Below are positions 52,307 through 64,000 of a stretch of 64,000 nt of DNA, piece by piece. The position numbers were made by a program, and so were the translations under genes. The stretch is from positions 1,550,001 to 1,614,000 of the forward strand of contig CP075496.1 in assembly GCA_021613535.1 (NCBI GenBank). Direction: 5' to 3'. Every line of letters begins with the position of its first letter. The first letter of the stretch is position 1. This stretch comes from Adineta vaga (lineage: Eukaryota > Animalia > Rotifera). The notes below the pieces were generated by a model. The model did no database searches and was not told where the DNA came from. It saw only the letters and a list, made by a program, of their open reading frames with translations.

Positions 52307-53534
52307 GAGAATGTCTATTTTTCACAAGTAGATTACAAATGAATCATTTGGTTGAGAGCTTTGAAATAAGTGAGAGAAAAGACGAAGATATTTTTCTCGT
52401 CCTTCTCATCGACAACGATGAGAGAAATGTTTCATTAGATAAATACACATGTACGTTAAGATGATGAGTCTCTGACCAGATGGTCGATTGTTGATTGGAA
52501 CCTATAAAATATGATAGAACTATACGACGAAAGATAGACAAGAACGAGCAAGTGCATAGACGTATATTCAATTCAATCTACCATCGATGTATATAGAAGA
52601 GTGTGATTTATGGGAATAGCCACGCGTCAAACTAATAAGATAACAAGGCACTAGAGACAAGGAGAAACATGAAGATGTACTCGTTTTTATACTGCTCACA
52701 TATGCGGGTCATTGTTTAACATATGCTTTCGACATTTTCAATTAATTTTGCTGCTTTCTTTCTATTCAATTTATAAAAGTTGATTTATTTTCAATGTAAA
52801 AACATGTGTCAGTTTTTCGTGTAAAGGTCGTTGTTTTCATTTGATCGAATAATTGTCATGAATCATCTACTTATGAATCTAATTCCTCTTTATTTTATAA
52901 CATGTACTTGAACTTTTCACATAGAAAGAGTAAATGGAAGGAATTTTTTTTTATATTCTTTATAGACAATCCCGCCTTGATTTGTTTGTAATGGGGATCA
53001 TGTCTATACATACGTACACAAAACGATTTATATGTTCATATACGCCTGCAAACGTATAGATTTCATCGTTTGATTGATTAGAGCATGACAATTGAAATTG
53101 TGTTTGATCAGCTTTCTTTTCTGAACTAAAAAAAAGCCTAAGATGCACATGCATTTATTTGTTGATAGAATAAGATTATGAACAATGGACAAATTCCATA
53201 TAGTATTGACATAGATGTGGCTTCTGTAAATGATGATATTTCTATGCATTCATTTAAATATAAATCTATTTACGAAATTCTTCGATTCTTTCTCTTAACA
53301 CATGATTGATTCTACATCGATTTGAATATAAACGAACTATCGTTTTTTTTCTTTTTTATTAAAATAAAAACCGAAGAATAATAAATAAATGCAAATATCT
53401 ATAATATAAAACATTGACATATAAGACAAGTATGAAAAATAAAATTCTTATTTAATATTAACACATGAAATCAATCAAAGAAATACTTTATAGTTATTCG
53501 AATTCAATACAATCTTGTTGCATTTAAATATTGA

Positions 53535-56500
53535 TTATGTCCATGTAATAACCGGAACAATACCTAAAAGAAATACTATTATTTGAATAATTCAATATTT
53601 TTCTATCATTTCTACCTTCAGGAGTTCGTAAACTTGGTAAATAATTTTCATCATCAAGAAAATAAAGTGGATATTCAACAATAAGACCTTGAATACCTTT
53701 TAATTTCTCTTGTGCCTAAACAAAATATTCCATGAAATTTTCCTCTTAAATAAATATTGACTTACTTGTAATGGATCAGTATCTTTCAATTTTGGTGCAT
53801 TCGTATATTTACTAACATCTGAAAATTTTCTTACATGATCAGTTGGTAATGTCGCAAAAACTTCTTCATATATCAATGCATTTTTTCGTGCAACATCACG
53901 AATATAATTGTAGAATTGATCCGAAACTGGATCACTTATATCAATATTTAATGGATTTTCAAATTGAATACCTAACATCATTCTAAATAAAAGCTTGATT
54001 ACATAAAAAAAACCTTTTCAAGTTAATAAATATCACATACGCAAATAATTTTTTTCGCCAACTTGAACAAAATTTTCCTACACGAACGGATTTACCATTC
54101 ATTCGACCATGTTCTTTTTCTCGATCATTAATCACCATACAAAATTCACTATCACGAAAACCAAGTAAGGAACGATCATTGATATTTGCACTTCCACAAA
54201 TAACCATACGATCGTCGATAATCATTAATTTCGAATGAATATAGATGATTTCAGTGACCTAAAACAAAGGAAAAGAAAAAACGGATGTTTTAAAAGGAAA
54301 ATTATTCTTACCAAATGACCCATGAGAATATCATGAGAACGCATACCGAAGAAACTAATATAGTCATTCGGTGGGACACCTAAACAATTCGAAATATGAT
54401 TAGAATTTCTCAGAGAAAAGTGGTAGTCTATTCTTCCTCAAAAATCAGCCGAGATCTTTCTGTAAAACTGCCTATTCTAATTGAAAACCTTAATTATTTA
54501 CCTGCTTTTTCTAATCGTTTAAACAGAGATGTTTCTCCTTTTGTAATTGAACGCATGATAAAAAACAATACCGCTTGAATAGCATTGACATTATCAAAAC
54601 CCGGCAAAAGTGGAAGAACAATATATACACGAAATTTTTCTTGAGAACTAATTTAAAACAAATATTCCAGAGAAATTTTTGAGAGAAATTCGTTCTTACA
54701 GATGTGCTCGTTCAATACGTCGAAAAAGTGCTTCAGCTAACTGATTTCGAACTTGTGGATCTTGTGCAATCGTAATGAAAAATTGATTCTAAACAGACGA
54801 ATTTTATTTTAATGAATTTGTGTGCATAATCTTCTTTGATTTACTTCAATATAAATATAATGTTTCGCTGCATCAATCATTTGTATATATGCATTTTGTA
54901 TTGATGTTTCAATTATTTTTGTTCCTAATGACCATCGTGCACCGGATCGAACACACTGAAAAATCATGAAAATAAAGAAAATTCTTCAATAGAAATCTTT
55001 CCTAACTTGTGCATCGACTTTAAATGGTTTACTTGGAAGAAAATCTCGCCAATTTTCAACTTTTAATTCTTCTTCATCATCGTAAGATTTCGGTAGAAGA
55101 AATGGATATGATGCATTATTAAGTTTCTTTTCACACTTGAATAAAGACAAGAAAATATGAAATGAATCAGTTGAATTCTTTTCTTTCTTTCTATTTCAAA
55201 CTTTATGAATATTCCATCGTTGAATGAAATGTCGAGCGACATCACGTGCTGCTTGACCAAAAACAACAAGAGCTTCATCATGCCATGGCATACGTGGAAC
55301 TGTCTTTCGATCGATATAATCTTTCGAAAAGAAAAGAAAAGAAAAGAAATCAATCAATCAATCCATGACAATCGATCGATTTACCTTCACTAAATTTCTC
55401 AAGTGTTTCGAAATCTTTTTGATAAAGATTTGAATAATCTTTTCCAATGAAATATCGTTGTGTTGTATCAGCCGTATGTGATGGGCCAGTAAATATTTGA
55501 GGCTCTTCAGATAATTCTTCTTCTTCAGAATCATCTTCATAACTATTTCTCATTTTCTGAAATCAATTTCAAAACGAAATTCTGATGTTTTTTTTATGAA
55601 TTCAAATCTTTACGTAGGCAAATTTTCTCCACTTTCGTGCATAACGATCTGGACGTCGGTCGTCGTCGAATTGCCGTCGTTCGATTGATAAAATATCGTC
55701 TTTAAAAAAAACGATAGCATATCAAAATAATCAATTTTCAGTCTTCTAGTTAATAAAAAAAACCCACATGCAAGTTAAACATATCACCATTTATTAAATA
55801 GTTTTCTTCATAGCATTAGTAATATATGCAGAATTGATCTGTTTATAGACACATTACCATTGTCTAAATCATCACTATTCTTATCAGCATCGCCTCCTAT
55901 GGAAAAAAAATAAACAAAACTATAGGATCCCTTTCGATTTCTACCTGTAAGTTTCGTTTCCAACCCTACGCAAAAATCGATTGAAATAATAGAAAATATG
56001 ACGAAATTTCAAAGTCAATATTTACATTTCTTTGCAACTGATTTCATATGATATCCTGTTCCAGGTGGATGTACTGGTGAACCTGGTTTAGGATCTTCAC
56101 TGCTTTTATGTGGAGCACCAAATGCTGTTACCATATGATCACTACTCTAGAAAAAGTATTCTCAACTATTCATTTGATCAATACATAAAAAAAATCATCG
56201 ATTTTCAGAAGTTTTAACATGCTGTTATATGTATATATATATTCGTACAATTTGTTGTGTATTCATTGACAATTATCAACATACATAGACATTCCAATTA
56301 GACTTTTTATTCATTCACAAACTTACTTGTGATTGCATACTCCATTGTGTGTATAGTGGAATTTTCTTTATATTGGATGGATAGATAGATAGATTAAATT
56401 AATCCTTTTTGTTTTTTTGTTCTCTCTTCCTCTCTCGCATGATTTTATTAACTTACCTTAGCAGGTTTTTCACCAGCTTGTTCCGCCATTTGTGTTGTTG

Positions 56501-58627
56501 CTTTTTCTGCTGTTTCAACGACTTCAGTTCCACCAGCTGCTTCTTTCTCAGCAGCAAGTTCCGAAGGCATTTTTAAGTTTCGATCATTTTCGTCGCCCAA
56601 ATCCACCAAACTAAAATATTCCATTTCTTTTTACTTACAAATCATAAATCCGTAACATACCGCATAAATTCATCATCCCAACGTCCATAACATAGATCAA
56701 TTCCACCAACAAAAGCTATTTTTTGATCAATAACAACTAATTTTTCATGATGAGACCAAAATATAACTCCTCCTTTGGGATAATGATCTGGATGACGAAT
56801 AACCTATTAAAGAATTCATAAATAAATGAAATCAATGAACATATTCTTGGCAAACTTTAATAAATCCTGTTTGACTTTTCGATGTTAATGCTCGTTTTGT
56901 ATAAGCACTATTTAAACCCAGAGCAATTTGCATTTCTTTATAAACCATAATATAAACACGAATTCCTGAATCCTTCAAAATCATTTCAATATTACAACAA
57001 TAAAACAAATTTCATAAACTATCTTACCGCTAATCTTCCTAATAACAAATCCAATCGATATGTTTCATCATTCGACGGTCTAATCAACATAATTTCAGGT
57101 GAAAGCCACCAATCAGTAATAAATATTTCTTCTTTAGCGGTCAATAACGCTTTCGCCACCGCTTCCATATATGATTTTCCATTAATAAACCTAATAGATA
57201 AATTTGTTCTTATTCAATCAATTCTTATCGATGTACATTTACCAATACGCTAATTGTTTTTCTCGTATAGGTGCAAATGAATTAAATCGACTAGCTGTTG
57301 CATGAAGAAAACCTTTGGCTTGTTCTTGTAAATTTTCTAAATGCTGTCTCCATTCTTCACAATTACGTGTTGTTCGACATTTAACAACTAAAGTTCGTTG
57401 AAGATTTTTAATTCGAATACCATGATATGTTCCGGAATGACGAAAACCAGTGGAAACTTCAAATCCTCGATCAACTAACATGGGAAAACGGATTTCATTT
57501 GTATCTGGTCGAATATATGTTAAATAAGTATCTTTAATCACAAACCATCTACAATAAAAAGATGAATGAAAACACGTTTTCTCGAATGAAAGAAATCTTG
57601 AAACATACTTTCGACCATGTTGAAATTTACATGAATCACAAAAAAATGGTAAACGGAAGAACATACGTTGACCACGATAATGATCATGTGATCGTTTTAT
57701 AGAATAACATTCTTTTCGACTAACAGATATACCATAAACAAATGATATACAACTAACATTAAAGAATTCACTCTAAAAAAAAATTAGTTCATAAAAATGT
57801 TTATCGGAAATTCTTATATAAAAATAATTTCTTACTGTTGATGGATGACGACGAAATTTTGGATGTCGAAGAATTTTGTTCAAATATTCAGCTAGAATTT
57901 GCTAAGAAAACAAAAGATTATCATGAATATATGCTTAGAGACATACACAACGTTCTCGAATAAACGTTTCATTAATAAAAGCTAAACGATCATTTCGAGT
58001 TGGAAAACAAGGATTTTCATTGTCTTCATCTGATGGTCTAAAAATTCATGATATATTCATTCTATCAATTAGAAATAAATACATACCTATCAAAATCATT
58101 GAGATTTCGTTTTGTTTCTCCTTGAACGAATTGAAATAATGATTTATGTAAATCATGAAAATGACGATAACGTTTATAAATCGACCATTGAAAAGTTCCA
58201 TGTAAAATTGTAATACAATATCTAAAAGTTTCATTTATTCAACAAAACAAATAATTCATCCAACGAAAACTTACAAATAAGGATTAAGAAATTCCGTGAA
58301 TGCAGTATAAGTACGTTCGGCTGTTATAGATGTTACAGTAACCGGAACATTAGGAACGAAAGTTCGTCCAGTACGATCATATGCATGTGAAATCGTAAAT
58401 TTATCATCTAAAGGAACATAGCTGACGAATTTTCAATGGCATACATTTTTGAATTCTTTCAAACCTCGTTGAAATCGTTCATTTTGTTCTCCAAAAACAT
58501 CATCAGGATAAGGAAGATATTCATTATGTTTTCGATCCGGATGGCCAGCATGAATAGCTAATTCAGCTATACCTGCTGTATGTTGAACGAGAGCACCGAC
58601 ACCACCGGGTTCATCTTGATGTGTCAT
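53535..58627 (-). CDS. PLD1: Phospholipase D1/2 (PX, PH, two HKD motifs), many exons
   Basis: [16 protein letters not shown]; [17 protein letters not shown]; [10 protein letters not shown]; [12 protein letters not shown]; HKD1 [29 protein letters not shown]; VPRMPWHD; IYIENQFF; HKD2 [29 protein letters not shown]; C-terminus GIVPVITWT*. Confidence 0.94.
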
Positions 58628-59810
58628 CTAAAACGATAAGATAGGATTGATAAATAAGAAATGATTTCGATCTATTCATTTGTAATAATAAATAAATCGA
58701 AAACAAAAACGAACGAGAAGGACATAATGAAAATTTATTTGTTTTGTTGTTCGGTAAGATATCATAGTAAAGAATAGTGATTCTTCAGGTGAATAGATAT
58801 ACATATAGTCAAACAAATCTTTCGCTTTTGTTTAGTTGTTCGAAATATATTTGATAAGAATGATATAAATAAAACTTAACGATTAGTTTTTCATGAAATT
58901 CAATATTAATAAAAATAAAGTTTGATTTATCGGCTAATTATTCTTTTATTAGGTTTTTTCCCATCTGAAAGGATATTTAAATAGAAGAAGAAAATGATGA
59001 GAAACAGATTGATCTTGCATTTCTATGGTGTAATACAATGCATGATACAGAAAACATGATTGCATTGCATTTAGTCATGCATAGTTTTACTTTACTTGTA
59101 CATATTTTTATACTCATTATAGGTAGACGAATTGAATTAGGTGAATGAGATGTCACTCTTATCAATTGATAGTAAATTGAACAATTGAGATATTTTTATT
59201 ATCATTTGTACCAAAGAGATAATGCGTGATGTTTAGAGTTGAAGAAATGACTTTAGTTTTGTATAATTGAAAGTGAGATGATGAATTTCAAATGGAATTT
59301 ACAAGAGTTTTATCTCCTTTGTGGAAGATTTGCTAAACGCTATAAGGTTGTTTGGTTAGAAGACAAATCGACAGGTGTTTTTGAAAGGAAGATTTAAATC
59401 ATTTATTCATTTTTGATTTCAAATCGTTGCTCATCGTGTTTTATCGAGCCTATTGATCTTCGAAATCAAATTTATGTTATCTACAGACATATATTTAATT
59501 GAACTTCATTTAGTACTAAATTTTATTGCTTAGTAAGCATTTTATTCCTGTTAGTTGTAATCATTAATCATCGATCAATAAAAGGTTGCGAAAACGGTTT
59601 TGACTGACTTTATTTACCTATTTGTAGGATTTTGATTAATTATATCATATAAATTAGAAAAACGAACTACTTAGATGTCACTGTAAACATGCATATAATC
59701 GGTCAAGAATTTTATCCAATGAAATTTTTCAGTCTCGTTGAATCGTAATAGTAATATTTCTTCTTCTTCGTTTTTTTTTCTTCTGATTTGAATCTTGAAG
59801 TTTTTCGAAG

Positions 59811-61695
59811 ATGACTGATTTTAAACAATTACATATTGAACGTTCTTTTGATGATGGTCAAGCATTAACTGATGATGATATTTATTGGGGACCATTATCT
59901 AATTCTCATCCAACAACACTTCGTGAATACGGACCCGTAACTACTATTGATATTTCTCCAACACGTCAACAATGGATTTCTATAACTGATTCTACACGTG
60001 TTCAAATCTATTCACCTGATACATTATCACTTGTTCGATCATTTTATTCATTTAAAGATACCGCTTATTGTGGAACATTTCGTTCAGGTACGGATCAAAA
60101 TAAAAAAAAAGAATTTCATTATTTATGGTTTTCTTCTTCTTTAGATGGTCGTTTAATATGTGCTGGATCTAAAGATGGAATTGTTCGTGTATTTGATTAT
60201 GAAACACGTACTCAATTACGTCATTTTAAAGAGCATCAGGGATCACCTGTACATTGTACACATTTTTCCCGTGATAAAACATATATATTTACAGGTAGTG
60301 ATGATCGAACTGTTCGTGTATTTGATTTGGCAACAGAAAAGCAATTATCAAAATTTGATCATGTTCATACGGATTATGTTCGAGCTTTGACACCAGGTTC
60401 AGCAACAAATCCTCATTTATTATTAAGTGGAAGTTATGATCGAACAATGAAATTAATCGATCGACGAATGTCAAATAATGATAATGTTCTAATGAATTTT
60501 GATCATGGTGATCAGATTGAATCGGTAAGAACACGAGAAAATAAAAGCAAATACTTTATTATTCAATTTTCATTTAGGTATTAATGTATGCAAATGAAAC
60601 ACTTGCTATAACAGCTGGTGGTCTTTATTTAAAAGTTTGGGATTTATTAGGTGGTGGTCGTCTATTAGCATCGTTATCTAATCATCATAAATCGATTCTA
60701 TGCACAGGATTTACAAGTGAACAACATTATATTCTATCAGGTGGTCTCGATCGTCATGTTAAAGTTTATGATGCTTCAACATTTCGTGTTGTTCATACGA
60801 TAACATATCCTGATGCTGTTCTTTCATTAGGAATGGTTGGTCCGAATGATCGAGCATTATGTGTTGGTATGCCCGGTGGTTTATGGTCAGTAAAACGACG
60901 TGATGGAAAACAGCAAATTTCTAGTTCATCATCAACAATTCCAATGAATAATAGTTATGACTCCATTCGAAATGAAACCAATAGTGATATGATTTCATCA
61001 ACAAATTCACTTGTACCAATTGATGATGAATCAACTAATGATACAAAATCAACTGCTTCATCTGGTTCAAGAAAAACCAAATCGAGACGACGATTTTTTC
61101 CATCAGGTGATTAAAACTTCATTAAATTTCAATGCATTTAATTTTTCTGCTTCTTCTTCTAGGTATTGTTACACCAACAACAACAGATCCGATTGCAACT
61201 GCAAAACGTCGTCCTCGTCTAGCTCCATATGATAATTATTTACGAAAATTTCGTGCATCCGCTGCTTTAGATGCTGCGTTTACAGCAGCATTAAAACGTC
61301 GACAACCTGATATTGTTTTAGCTTTATTCAAAGAATTATCACGTCGTCAAATGTTAAAACAAGCTTTAGCTGGTCGAGATGATTTATCTCTATTAAAAAT
61401 TCTTCGTTATTTACAAAAACATATTGCTCATACAACTTATATGCCTGTGCTTATTGAAGTTGCATATTTTATTTCTCATCTATATGATTTTTCCTCGTTA
61501 TCGCCTTCGGATAAAAACAATAAAGCTATGGAAAAATTAAAACGAACCATTCATGATGAATTGCAATTTCAATTAGAACTAATGAAAACAAAAGGTGCTA
61601 TTGAAATTATTCTTGCTGCTGCATCCGCATCAACATTAGTAGAAAATGATTCATTTTCAACAAACAATAACAACACGGTGATTTCATCATTGTGA
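59811..61695 (+). CDS. UTP15: U3 small nucleolar RNA-associated protein 15 (WD40 + UTP15_C)
   Basis: FKDTAYCGTFRSDGRLICAGS, HTDYVRAL, SGSYDRTMKL, DHGDQIESVL, AGGLYLKVWDLLGGGRLL, NHHKSI, SGGLDRHVKVY, YDNYLRKFRASAALD, ELSRRQMLKQALAGRD; 4 exons. Confidence 0.92.
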
Positions 61696-64000
61696 TTATT
61701 CAATGTTCTACTTCCTTCTTTTTGTGTCTGTGTGTTTTGTTATTACGAGCTCGAGTTGTGCTCGATATTATTAAAGTTGATTACTGCATAAGATTTCTCT
61801 CTCTCTCGCGCGCGCTCCCAATATCCATTCGGGGTATATCCTATATGAAGTGGAAGAGATGACAGATAGAAAGAGATTGATTGACATGAAGTCCAATGCG
61901 CGAAAGAAAGATGTTGCCGCCTGACGATATATATATATATATATTAGCTTGAAGCTAATGTTGTAAAAACAATAAACAGCAAACGACGCCTTGAATTAAT
62001 GAAGCTACTTTGAGATATCTCTCAAGAGAATCTTATCCGAGAGAGATTTCAAACATATACATAATATATTTCAGTAAGGTTAGATGTAATCTTAATGAAA
62101 AAGAAAAAAGAAAGTGAACAAAAGAATCAGATTTCTTGAAAAGAAAAAGAATACTTCAAATGGCGACAACTTACATAAAAAAAGAATGTATCGAATGAAA
62201 TCAAAGATCAAACAAAAACTTAATGTTCATTTAAACATTAAGAACAAAAAAGGAAAAAGGAAATCGATTATATAAGTGAGAAAGAATTACTTCTTTGGTT
62301 TCGATTCGTTTTTATTCTTCTTTTATTTGTCTAGTAGGCAGATTTAAGATTACAAATTTGAATGTCTTTTCTATGTTCTCTTGGGTATATCATTTATTAG
62401 AAATTCAAATAAGATGCTACTTGAATTGATCACATCTATATGCAATATTGGAGAAAAAAAAGAGAGAAAGAGAGGGAAACGTCAAGTGGCTCATTAATTT
62501 TTCTATGTGTCGACTTTTTCTTCTTGTTATTTTTATTCGCGTTTTTTCTTCGTTTCGTGTTGTTCAACATCTAGGTGACAACAACGTATCAAGTGACGTT
62601 GACCTAAATGTAATAATCGAGACGATGTACATATACATATATACATTCATTTTTGTTTTTATTGAACAATTGTATGTGCAAATCGAGATTGACATGAGAC
62701 AGAAAGTGAGAAGCATTGTCGATCACTATTCTCAATGTATTGAGTTGGTCATGTTCGTGAGAAAGAATAATAATGACGAGAGCAATCGTTTTGTGCAATG
62801 AACACGCAAATCTTTTCTTTTTGTTTGTGCATGCACTGATTAACATCATCAACATAGGAAGAACAAGCAGGCAGTCTCATTTTATGCCCATTAGAATACA
62901 TACGATAGTCTTTACTCTCTCGATGTTGACAGTAGTTACCAATGGCTTCGATATTGTCGGTTCCTAATTGAATAAGATGCTAATTCATGCACAAGAAAGA
63001 TATGCTTTCTCGTTTTGTTCTCAGCAGGTCAGACAAGATGTTTGACCTTTTTATGGTTTCGTCATTTATCTCTTTTGTTTCTTTACCTCCTACGATCTGT
63101 GAGTTTTTTTCTTCGTTTTGTTTTTCAATGACGTGTCTTCTTTATGGGATAATAGTGAGACATCTGCTTTGTGAATACCGATACTAGATGTTACAGATCC
63201 ATCACATTCGTCTTTTTTTGTTCTATCGAAGAAACAAAATTGATAGGAATACTTTGATGTGAAGAATCTATCTTGAATAATGACGTATATGTATCATATT
63301 TGTTCAATGAAGAAAGAGTAAAAGCGACCATCTGGTGCATCATCAGTCTTAACTATTGATGATGATCAAAAGGATCTCGTCTTTCTTCACTTGGTCAGTT
63401 ACATCATTGTTTTCCATCCGGACCGTTTGCCTACACTTCCGGAGTCTCGTTTTTCTCCCTCGTATTCATATAATCAAAGAAATGTATGGTGATGAGTGAC
63501 GACGACAACGTCGACGAACGACAACGATTTGATTCGATCTTGAGCTTCTCTTCCCTTTTTTTTTTCTTTTTCTTCTTCTTCTTTTTTCTCTCTTCTATGC
63601 CTGATGTGTCTTGTTTGGAACAGTGTAAATCACACAAGCTGCCTTCGTCTTCTCTAGTAGAATAGACACATACATACAAATACACACACGAGAAATATAG
63701 CGAAAAAAAGAGAATAGCAAAAAAAGAGGAAAAGACAGTCGTTACTACCGCATCTAGAACCGCAATAATGATGATCTCCCTCAACGTTCTACTACCGGCG
63801 TTGTTTTTCTCGTTTCATACTAGTTGTTCTACGCTCTCTCTCCCTCTCTCTCTCTCTCTCCCCTCTGTCTATCTGCCTGTATTGTCATTCTAACTAATCA
63901 GTCGTTGTCGTTTTTTTTCTGTTCGTTCGTATAATATATGACCTTGTAGATCTCAGGAATTTTTGTGCGTGTCTATTAATGATAAAGACACGAATTATCA

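Noticed and set aside
50951-53249. Multiple short ORFs between the LIN-24-like gene and PLD
   Set aside because: Low complexity, no domain signal; probably promoter, UTR or intron sequence.
62448-63784. Short ORFs and exon-like pieces at the right end
   Set aside because: No coherent spliced reading frame or motif; probably UTR or regulatory DNA of a gene outside the window.
1-64000. CRISPR arrays, rRNA, tRNA, prokaryotic operons or clear bacterial HGT genes
   Set aside because: None recognised; every identifiable gene has an animal-type sequence and spliceosomal introns.

Overview
AT-rich eukaryotic (animal) genomic DNA, gene-dense, with many short (~45-65 nt) GT-AG introns and abundant microsatellites. 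The style resembles a bdelloid rotifer; that is inference from composition, intron size and gene families. About 21 protein-coding loci were reconstructed by hand-splicing. Recognisable genes: anosmin/KAL1-like (runs off the left edge), KLHL12, ZO-1/TJP, TMEM120, VGAT/SLC32A1, eIF3e, SCAF4/8, a WH1-like+CRIB protein, an Ig membrane protein, an NCS-type EF-hand protein, HDHD5/CECR5, a LIN-24/aerolysin-like pore-forming protein, phospholipase D and UTP15, plus several orphans. Highlights: (1) a Hedge-less Hog/Hint autoprocessing protein fused to an N-terminal membrane anchor and Thr-rich stalk, with a natural His at the catalytic Asp46 position; (2) an in-frame TGA at a Trp position inside an otherwise intact VGAT; (3) a signal-peptide-less aerolysin/LIN-24-type protein; (4) a hidden two-exon gene for a secreted, strongly cationic peptide; (5) a LAT/PAG-like transmembrane adaptor architecture; (6) several frame-preserving microexons/cassette exons; (7) a GPCR pseudogene with internal deletions. 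No tRNA, rRNA, CRISPR or intact mobile element was seen. Homology calls come from remembered family motifs, not database searches.
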